From the NCBI GenBank assembly GCA_951406725.2, contig OX597817.1:137826001-137890000 (forward strand): a stretch of 64,000 bases of DNA, read 5' to 3'. The position numbers were made by a program, and so were the translations under genes. The notes under the pieces are model-generated. The model had not been told where the DNA came from. It was given only the letters and a program-made list of their open reading frames with translations, and did no database searches. Below, one piece after another: positions 43,468 through 55,829 of this stretch (its first letter is position 1; each line of letters starts with the position of its first letter). The DNA comes from Octopus vulgaris (lineage: Eukaryota).

Positions 43468-44039
43468 TTTTTTCCAACTGTTATATTGGTCTTAGGAATG
43501 CAATACTCCGTGGACAACATAACATGTACCTTCATCAAGGTGCAACTGGAATATACGACATACACACAACAGAAAACTAGACAGAAACACATTAGAGGAT
43601 AACACATTAAGACTAAATTGAATTAACCTGCAAAATTAGATGATTAATGATGAAAGTAACACTCATAACACAATAATAATAGCCACACAGTCATTATACA
43701 TTAGTCACAACAATAAACAGCTGACTTGTACAAAATCTAATGGTCGATATTTCAATCTCTGGCGGTAAATGTCTGCTCCAATCACAACTGGTCTTACCTA
43801 TGTTAATAATACAACAACCTACCTTTACTGCTATAAACAAACTGAATATATACACACATATACATACAGGCACGCGCACACACATATATATAGATAGGTG
43901 TATATTATATTAAATTAGAGATAAAACCACTATTAGGCAAATCATACAATGAAAAACTTAAGCCAATACATAAGATTAATTAATTAATTAATATTATTTT
44001 AAATATATATCAAAATTATTAAAAAAAGATAATTAGTAT

Positions 44040-44106
44040 AACACTACGATCGTTTCATGGCTGTCCAATTCTTAAAATTTCGAGTTACAGTCATTCTTCA
44101 GGTGAT
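44040..44106 (-). ncRNA. Minimal type I hammerhead motif with canonical core
   Basis: CAC CUGAAGA AUGaCUGU...ACAGcCAU GAAAC GAUC GUA GUG; palindromic stem III ACGAUCGU; GUA cleavage triplet. Confidence 0.8.
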
Positions 44107-44144
44107 TTAAATATTTAACTTAGCGAGGTTTAATCAATAGATAG

Positions 44145-44209
<65 letters not shown>

Positions 44210-44597
44210 TGTGTGTGTGTATGTATATATTTGTATATATTCAGTTTGTTTATAACAGTAAAGGTACGTTGTTGTATTATTAATGTAGGTAAGACCAGTG
44301 TGTGTGTGTGTGTGTAAGTATATTGAAAAAGATTAAGAGGTTTCACACAAATTTCAATTAAAAAAAAAAACAGACAGAAAATATCATGAGAATTTTATTA
44401 AGAATAATAAAAAAGAAAATATTTTTTTATCAAAATATGCCACCAGTTTCAATAGTTTTAGAAGAAGATAAATTGGAGAAGAGAAAATACTGAAAGAAAC
44501 TTTCATATCACCTCCTGAAGTTTAGATACTTCCTTACCAAATTCACATGGTCTGTTTAAGTATGTTTATACTGTAAAGACGAACAAACGCGCGCGCG

Positions 44598-44656
<59 letters not shown>

Positions 44657-44669
44657 ACACACATATATA

Positions 44670-44871
44670 TATTCTTTTCTACTCTAGGCACAAGGACAGA
44701 AATTTTGGAGGAGGGGTCCAGTCGATTAAATCGACACCAGTACGTAACTGGTACTTAATTTATCGACCCCGAAAGGATGAAAGGCAAAGTCGACCTCGGC
44801 GAAATTTGAACTCATAACGTAAAGACAGACGAAATACCGCTAAGCATTTCGTCCGGCGTGCTAACGTTTCT
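44670..44871 (-). mobile_element. SINE family A, alternative tail
   Basis: Close match to 36847-37065. Confidence 0.86.
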
Positions 44872-44872
44872 T

Positions 44873-45046
44873 CTTTCTTTATTGCCCAAAAGGAACTAAA
44901 CATAGAGGGGACAAACAAGGACAGACAAAGGGATTAAGTCGATTATATCGACCCCAGGGCGGCGAGCTGGTAGAATCGTTAGCGCGCCGGGCGAAATGCT
45001 TAGCGGTATTTCGTCTGTCGTTACGTTCTGAGTTCAAATTCCGCCT
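44873..45046. mobile_element. SINE family A with inverted 5' half
   Basis: Tail on minus (44873-44956) joined to the SINE 5' end on plus (44958-45046); central domain missing. Confidence 0.8.
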
Positions 45047-45704
45047 TAGACACAGATGAGATCCAGAGATTCTCAGCGCAGAAGTCACTTAATAGTGCTC
45101 AAAGAATTCAAACTTAGATTCCGATGTCTTTATAGGGAATCGATTCTCCGGGGTAAAGAAAGGGTATAAGAGGGATGAAGTCGAGCAGATATGGAAGCAA
45201 TTGTGGGGATTGTGTATATGGTAGATGTAGTTCATCATAATGTGCAGCCGTAATGGAATCAATCAAAATTGGATAAATCGAGCGACCATCTTTGAACTTC
45301 TCTGCATTGAGTTCTAACACGTAAGATCTTTTGTACCTTGATGACGGAGACTCGACTTATCCAATATTGACTGCTTCCATTACGACAGCATACTGGGATG
45401 CACTGCATCTACCAACATTAAGATGGATCGCCGAACCCCCAGAAACAGCTGTTACACTTATTACACTTTTCTTCCACCCCTTTAGTTTTATCTGTCGTTT
45501 GTACTCTGTGTAAGCTGGACCTATTAATATAAATATCTTTATATTTATACTTAAATATTCATCGTCTGCAACTCTCCATTATTTGCTTTCTCTCGTTTTG
45601 CTTGTATTCATATATACATATTTTGTATTTCATACCCAAACTGTTATATTTAATATATCTAATTGGTTTATCCGCATAATTGTCTCCATACACGCGCGCG
45701 CCTA

Positions 45705-47078
<1,374 letters not shown>

Positions 47079-48044
47079 CACCCCCACCCCCATCCACACA
47101 CATGCACAGAGATAGAGAGATAGTAACTTATTCCTCTCTCTTTGTCTACCTCTTTCCTTTTCATTGTCATCTTCTTTTCATCTCCGATATTTCCCACACA
47201 TATATTCCCACAAATAATTCATTCTTCACCTCTTTTTCCTAAACTAAACTTCTTCATTCATTTCCCCTCCTCTTTCTCCTCCTCCTCCTCCTTCCTATCT
47301 TCCTCTTTTTCTTCGTCTTTTTGTTTATTTCTCTCATGTTGCACCATTCTCTGTCTCTCTCTCAATTCCTCTCTCACTTCCTCTCACTCCTTCTCCCCCA
47401 ATATCTCTCCCTCTTCCCTCACTCTCTCCGCCTCTCTCCTTCCTCTTCTTTCCTTTCGCCTCACTTTCTCTTTCCTACAAAATCGCTCATATCTCTTTCC
47501 TATTATTGACTTCTTTTTATACATCAAACACATTTCCACCCCAGCATCACCTCTTACCCTCACTCCTCTCCCACCCTCACTCCTCTCCCACCTCCACTTC
47601 CTCACTCACCCTCACACCTACCCTAATCCTCTCACCTCTCTTTATCCACCGCTCCGCGATCGTAGATCGAACTCTCGGTGCTGGTCTCGCAAATAAAGTC
47701 ACCCAGACCCTGTCCAACATTTTACTCTGGTCATTATTGCAACAATGCAGTGTTCTTGTTGTTGCTGCTGAAGTTTCAACTGCTGCAGACGCAACTGTTG
47801 CTGCATCTCCTGCTGCTGAGAGGCTGCAACTGCTTCTGTTGGTGTTCTTCTTCCTGCTGCAGCGGTTGCTGCTGCTGATGATGGTGTAGATGTAAACGTT
47901 GGCATTGCTGTTGTTGTTGCTGATGCTGTTGCTGATGTTGATGCCGAAGCTGCTGCTGAGGTTGTTGCTGTTGCTGCTGCTACAGTTGCTGTCGTCAAAG
48001 CTGCTGCTGCGTATGTCACAGCCACCGTCAATGACGTTATTCCG

Positions 48045-48560
48045 CAACCACCACTACCACAACCACCAACACTATCACCACAACAACCACCACCACAACC
48101 ACCAACACAATCACCACAACAACCAAAACTATCACCACCACCACCACAACCACAACCAACACTATCACCACAACCACCACCACCACCACAACCAACACTA
48201 TCACCACAACCACCACCACCACCACAACCAACACTATCATCACAACCACCACCACAACAACCAACACTATCACCACCACTACCACAACCACAACCAACAC
48301 TATCACCACAACCACCACAACCACCACCACAACCAACACTATCACCACAACCACCACCACCACCACAACCAACACTATCACCACAACAACCAACACTATC
48401 ACCACCACCACTACAACCACAACCAACACTATCACCACAACCACCACCACCACCACCACCACCACAACCAACACCACGACCACGACCACCACCACCACCA
48501 CAACCAACACTATCACCACAACCACCACCACCACCACAACCAACACTATCACACACAACC
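48045..48560. repeat. Minisatellite, ~24-36-bp units built on accaacactatcaccac
   Basis: About 15 copies with variable (CAC)n spacers. Confidence 0.9.
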
Positions 48561-48954
48561 ACCAACACCACAACCAACACATCACCATCTCCACCACCAC
48601 CCTAGCACTAAGCAGTTACACTGCCACCACAACCACAGTCCAACACCAGCCATAACCCTACCACACCACCATAACTGTAGGTACCAACACCACTACCTCA
48701 ACCACAACAGTGACGACCCCCGAGACTAGACTGACCACCACCGAAACCACCACCCATACCTCTTCCACCACTACTACCACGGACTACATCTCTACTCCTC
48801 CCGCCACCTTTACCATCACTACTTCCACTCTAACAGAGACTGCATCATTACTACCACTACTACTACCACCGAAACCGTTTCTAATTGTACCACCTCCACC
48901 AACAACAACAACATCACCATCGCCACCACCACCACCACCACTACCAACACCACC

Positions 48955-49011
48955 ATCACCATCATCATCATCATCATCACTATCATCATAATCGTCATCA
49001 CCATCATCGTC

Positions 49012-49042
<31 letters not shown>

Positions 49043-49172
49043 TCACCATCATCATCATCATTACTATCATCATAATCGTCATCACCATCATCATCATCAC
49101 CAACATCGTCATCATCGACATCATCATCGTCATCATCATCATCATCATCATCATTATCATCATCATCATCAT
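48955..49172. repeat. (CAT)n degenerate microsatellite
   Basis: Direct inspection. Confidence 0.93.
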
Positions 49173-49525
49173 AAAAATCGACCACAGAAGCCACAATTAC
49201 TACCAGCACCACCAGCACCGCCACCTCCACCACCACCTCCACCATCATCACACATAGCCGCACCTAACCCCCCAACACTGTTGGTATTACCACCAAAATT
49301 ATCATCATCATCATCACCATCATTACCATCATCATCACAATAATCAACCACAAAGAACCACAATTAGTACTAGCATCAGCACCACCAATCCACATCATCG
49401 GCACCACCAGTTCTACCTCTGCCTTCAACAGCGCAGTAGAATGAACGGTTTCAGCATCTGTTGTCACAGACCCCCGACATCGTCGCACCGATTCTAAGTC
49501 TTACAACGAAAAAGGGCGAGAAAAC

Positions 49526-49563
<38 letters not shown>

Positions 49564-49694
49564 TTGTTGCTGTCACCGTGGTTGCACAAACCACATGCAG
49601 TCGAATTGTAAACTGTAGGATATTATATACCGCGCTGCTGCTTGGCTCAGATGCTATATAGACGTGAACCATGCACAGGCGCATTATAGCACAA

Positions 49695-49744
<50 letters not shown>

Positions 49745-49910
49745 GCATGCACACATATGCACGTATGCACACATACACATGCACACAATTATGATTAATT
49801 TATATTCTTGCATTTATCTGCATACACATAAACACTCACAAACACACACGCACATATACATATATACATATATCGGTGTATCTTAAAATCAGTACATACA
49901 TATATACACA

Positions 49911-49999
<89 letters not shown>

Positions 50000-50245
50000 A
50001 TATATATATACATACATACATACGTAATTCATACATACACAGCCACACACACATATATATACACACTTATATGATGTACATGTGCATGTATGCGTGTGTG
50101 TAATTATGTATGTATGTGTGTATACAAGTGAGTGTGTGTTCGTGTGCGCGTGTATGAGTGAGTGTATATGTGCGTGTATGTGTATATAAGTGTAGGCAGA
50201 CAGACAGACAGACAGATCGATAGACAGATAGATAGATAGATAGAC

Positions 50246-50304
<59 letters not shown>

Positions 50305-50308
50305 TAGC

Positions 50309-50380
<72 letters not shown>

Positions 50381-50424
50381 CACACAGACAGGCAGGTACA
50401 TAGATAGAGAGAGAGAGAGAGAGG

Positions 50425-50461
<37 letters not shown>

Positions 50462-50835
50462 TAATTAATGTTTATACATACATCGACACGCATATATATC
50501 TATGTATGTGTGTGTATATATGTGCTTATAAATGTATGCATGCGTAGACAAACACATATGTCTTCACCTTCCCTACTTTCGCGGTGGCCACCACTAACGA
50601 CCACTCTATTCGTGTATACCATTACAGGTGTACAAGAATAGAATAGCTATTTAGAAAGAGTGCATAATGTTCGGTCCCGCTGCGCCCATGCATCCATTAC
50701 TGCACGTTAGAGGGTGCAGTACTGTCCTCAGCAAGTCCAATGGAATCACTCCAAATATGGATTTGTGTGCCTCGTCTGGTCGTCCGTAGGATCTCCTTCG
50801 TGTTATAAAACTGCTGGATCAGAGCTATTGAAATG

Positions 50836-51148
50836 GTCCTCCGTCGGCTACGACGACCAGTGTTCCATTTGATCCGGTCGACGGAGCGGCCTGCTCGTGA
50901 AATTAACGTGTAAGTGTTTGAGCATTCTACAGGTATACGTGACCTTAATGAAGTTCTCAGAGAGATTCAACATGACACGGAATATGAAAACGCTGGGCCT
51001 TTCAATTACAGGTAGAGTTCATTTTTGCCAATGGAGTGGACTGAAGCAAAGTGAAATAAAGTGGCTTGTTTAAGGACACAACGCATCTCTGGAAATCGAA
51101 CACACGACCATACGATCGTCAGCCGAATACCACTAAATCACGCTCCTT
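50836..51148 (-). mobile_element. tRNA-derived SINE family D
   Basis: B-box gtgttcgatttcc, gtgtccttaaacaagccactttatttcac core; tail matches 22793-22980. Confidence 0.82.
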
Positions 51149-51199
51149 TATAGGATTGGAGTTAATCTATGGCTAAACAGTAAGAACAAAGAGAGAAGC

Positions 51200-51530
51200 T
51201 GCCGCAGCAGAGAGGCGTCTACAACCTAAGACAATTACATTGAAAGAAACGTATGCTAGTTCCATCCCTTCCAACAACACCTCAACATACAAAACAGGAT
51301 CAGCAGAGAAGGCATTCAAAGGAAGCCAACACCAAACCATTCGTGGATTTCACGCGAATAACGATATGAATAACTGTAAAACAGAACTATTTTTATTGAT
51401 ATTCGTCAATGAACAGGAAAGATGACATTAACAATCACATCGGGTATTATTTTGACTACAAATAATGATGTCAAGCAAACGAGCCACTGAAAGGAGATCA
51501 ACACCTCCAGAGAGCCCAGTTAACAATACT
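51200..51530 (+). mobile_element. Possible Penelope-like GIY-YIG endonuclease remnant
   Basis: YASSIPSNNTSTYKTGSAEKAFK...GF...KTEL resembles PLE VY.A...T.TYIG.TE..FK.R...H..SF...TELS. Confidence 0.38.
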
Positions 51531-51537
51531 CACTTTT

Positions 51538-51601
<64 letters not shown>

Positions 51602-51623
51602 AGTCAAAATAGAAAATGCTAAA

Positions 51624-51672
<49 letters not shown>

Positions 51673-51677
<5 letters not shown>

Positions 51678-51867
51678 TGATCGCTAGCCTCTAAACCTTT
51701 TTCTATTTTCGCTCTCTGCTTATTTCTGTGTTCCTTTCTGTCGAAGAGAGTAGGCTCGAAACGTAAAATACTTCCTCACTTCCCGTGGGTTAAACTAATA
51801 CACGTGTTCGTTGTTTACACACCCCGTCTTTGTCTTTTGTATTGTTTGTGTTTTTTGTAAATTCCAG

Positions 51868-51868
<1 letters not shown>
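51673..51868 (+). mobile_element. (TA)n-anchored element, copy 3, with variant hammerhead motif at 51734-51769
   Basis: CUUU CUGUCGA A GAG-aguagg-CUC GAAA CG UA AAA; TA arrays on both sides. Confidence 0.75.
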
Positions 51869-51923
<55 letters not shown>

Positions 51924-52747
51924 ACAATATGAGGGATCACTATGTTGAGTCGTACCACTAAATCTGTGTTCCCAACTTAGTAAAACGTATACAAGGGTTC
52001 CACAAAATTATCTCTCATATTGCTTATATTTAAATAGAATTCATGGTCCTCGGACATTTTTAAGTCTGCTGACCACTAGTTGAAATTGATATTATATAAT
52101 ATTTTACTATAAAATTGGATTTAATCCTAAATCTGATTTTTTCCCTGTAAATTTGGATTTATCGTATCACCGATATGACAGGCTTATGGTGAGATTATCG
52201 AACTACGGCCGGAATCGGTGGGTGGGCCAATGTCCCTTGTGTGAGTGCATGTGTGAATGTATGTATACACATTCCGACCTAAATTAATTAGCTAAACAAC
52301 CTTTCACCCCATAGACATTCCAACCTCTACATATATATATATCTCCTTTCCTTTTTATAGTACCTTTCCTTTGTCTGAAACCCAGTGTAACTCAATCCAT
52401 CTCTGTCCAGCCATTGACTTCTATTTTTTTTCTTTTTTTAATCAACAGTTATTTGTCTATATTTACAAAGATTTGCTATTCTTTTAGAAAGATAACATTA
52501 ATTGAAAATTTGTAGCAATGTTTCACTCCCTAACCAGACGAGCATAGCAGAACATGGCAGCCAAAACTCAAGATCATTAGCGAGACAACTTTATGCATGG
52601 ATGTACTCGATGAGACCCAGACTGCAAAATGGATGCAACGCATGCGGAACGGAGCCCCACCCATAAGGGACAGTAGCAGGATGGGTTGAAACGACCGTTT
52701 CACAAAATGAAGATTAATACGAAATTCATCTTCTCGTTACTTAAGAA

Positions 52748-52761
52748 ATTATTATTATTAA

Positions 52762-52856
<95 letters not shown>

Positions 52857-52859
52857 GCA

Positions 52860-52906
<47 letters not shown>

Positions 52907-52966
52907 GTTATTCTTATTGTTGTTGTTATTATTATTATTATTATTATTATATATCATTATCATCAT
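52748..52966. repeat. (TTA)n/(CAT)n microsatellite
   Basis: Direct inspection. Confidence 0.95.
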
Positions 52967-53062
52967 TTAATGTTCGCTTTCCAAGCTGACACGGGTTAGA
53001 CGGTTTGACAGGAACTGGTCAGCTGGAGAGCTACCTGGGCTCCATACATATCATATATATAA

Positions 53063-53101
<39 letters not shown>

Positions 53102-53562
53102 GTCATCTATTTTATCATACTTAGGTATATACATCGTTAACAGTCAAGTTACTGCAGTATTCGTCCAGAAATAACTTCTCATATGGACGTGCAGTTTTTA
53201 AAAACACGATATATTGAAGGAAGATGATGAAATCGTTCCAGTATCGCTTAGTGAAGAATGCCACTTGCGGCACAATGCCAAAAGTTTTTTTTTAACTTTT
53301 GGCGGGAAAGTCTACATAAATTCTGTCAGGATTTAAGAAAGAACACAAATGCTAAATATATTCCTTTGAATCCTTGATATTGCATCTCGGATTGGGTAGA
53401 AACGTTGGATATGGGTTTAGGAACCCTACATTTCCAAACCAATTGTAAAAAGTTAATAAGAATATATGAAAAATATAATATAAAAAGATTAAACTAGAAC
53501 ATAGTCGTGTTTTTAATAAAACAGGCATATACATGACGCAACTATATGCATATATATGTATA

Positions 53563-53596
<34 letters not shown>

Positions 53597-53633
53597 AGTG
53601 AGTGAGTGTGTTGATGTGTGAGTAGATGTGTGG

Positions 53634-53668
<35 letters not shown>

Positions 53669-53713
53669 TGCAGAGAGAGAGAGAGATAATGCAGAGAGAG
53701 AGAGAGAGAGATA

Positions 53714-53752
<39 letters not shown>

Positions 53753-54835
53753 GTAGGTAATGGCAAATATGCTGCCCGATAAAAGTCCATCTCCCGCACA
53801 ACAGGAATGTGTTTGTGCGTAGGTGCATAAATAAATATCGTAATAGAAATGCACTGTTCAGTACGTTAAACTATATTTTACAAAGTGTAAACGTTATCAG
53901 ATATATTTCATTTATCATTTATTGTGGTTGGAAGGAAATTACAGAATGTGCTGGGATATCTTCATTATGTTCCTATTTATTACATTAGATAAATATTTAT
54001 TATATTTGTTTCATATTATCCGGTGTGTGAATATACTTGTCGCCATAGTTGCGTTCTCTCTCTCTCTTTCTTTCTTTCTTTCTCTCCTTCCCTCGCTCTC
54101 TCACTTTCTCTCACCCCCCACCCACCCCCGTTATCTCTATGTCTATCTGCCTCTCTGTCGGTCTGTTCATATGTCCGTCAGTCTGTTTAAATGCTTCTAC
54201 TTTGTGAAAATAACATGCAAGCAAATTTATAAGGTATGCTATTTTTTTGTCAATATTTGTTTATATGCTTTTCATATCGATCTTAATAATCTATACATAT
54301 AAATTTGGCATGGGCGATTCTTCCTTGTCTTGGGATTTACGGTCACACAGCTGGGTGGAATTGCACGAAAATTTACACAGATATGTAGAATGATCCGGTG
54401 GTGATGCTGCGCTTTGTATTTTTTTCATAGCTCCCATGGTTACCGAGATAATTTACTATAATAATACTCTTGCGTTTATGAATGAGAAAGGAAGATGTAG
54501 TAGAGGAATAAGGAAGGAAGGGGTAATGTCATACTTGGTTAGAGTTCTGACAAGCGTGCCTAAGCAAATCGAACGCTTACACAGAGCAGGTTTAACAGCC
54601 ACGTGATCCAAACCACCCGGGGGAAACTGGGCTTAGCTGCTAGTATATACATGTGTGTGTGTATGTTCATGTGTAAGATGTATGTGTTTATACAAATATG
54701 TGAAAAAAAATATATATATATATATGTATATATAACGAAGTGGCAGCTCGAAGCAGAATTAGGTCATTTGAAAGCATTTTGTGCTAAAAAGGTATGAAAA
54801 CACCCGGTTCATACAGTGTCGCTATCAATTAGAAA

Positions 54836-54880
54836 CCCCAGACATCGATGTTTCAAGCTACTTGGCTCTCGTCAATGAGA
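54836..54880 (-). ncRNA. Compact type I hammerhead motif (C3U variant)
   Basis: UCUCA UUGACGA GAGC-caagua-GCUU GAAAC AUCGAU GUC UGGGG; palindromic stem III; GUC site. Confidence 0.65.
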
Positions 54881-55599
54881 TGTACCTAAGCGAGGAAACT
54901 CTGGACGAACTTAATAAAGCTGTAGCTTTATATATGACGTGTTGACTGAATTATATATAAGGTAAATTTCATTGACAAGAGTAAAAAGAAAACAATTAAA
55001 TGAAAAGTTTTTCAAAAATATTTCCATGGTCTTGAAATAAGTAGGACATTTTCCTTTTTCAGATCGGCTACTACCTACCTAACCTTCACGAAATAAAAGA
55101 GAGAAAGATAGGAAGAAAAAAAAAGGAAAATGTCCTACCTATTTCAAGACTATGGAAATATTTTTAAAAAACATTTCATTTGATTTTTCCACAATTTCCA
55201 CAATTAACTGCCTTTCCTACTTTATTCTAAGTTGAAAAAGTCGAAAAGACTAAAACCGGTACTAAAATGTTCTTCATGATAAAATTATTTTAGCATACTC
55301 TACTTCCTTCTATTTTCTTTATATATATCAACTCGTGTGTTACTTTTCAACTTTCTATACACAGGCGCGTGCGTACGCACACACGAACACACACACACAC
55401 ACACACATATGTATATATATATATATATATGTCTGTATATTATGTACTCATACATACACACTCACACGCACTAACAATTGTCGTGATTAGTAACAAATTC
55501 TTGTATATTCCATCTTCCGTCTTTTATTTACCATATACATACGTACATACATACATATATACATACATACATACACACACACATACATACATACATACA

Positions 55600-55631
<32 letters not shown>

Positions 55632-55644
55632 CATACACACACAT

Positions 55645-55681
<37 letters not shown>

Positions 55682-55829
55682 AACAAAATACGTTAAAAAC
55701 AAACAAAAGCAAAGAGACCCCCCCCAACAACAACAACAAAAGCTACAGGAATTACAAGGGTAAAAGCAGGAGCATTGCAAATTTTACCTTCAAGGGAACT
55801 GCTAGCATGGGGATGATGGTGTAAACTGT

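Noticed and set aside
48045-48560. Regularly spaced repeats resembling a CRISPR array
   Set aside because: Spacers are CAC/CAA runs rather than unique sequence; eukaryotic context; no cas genes.
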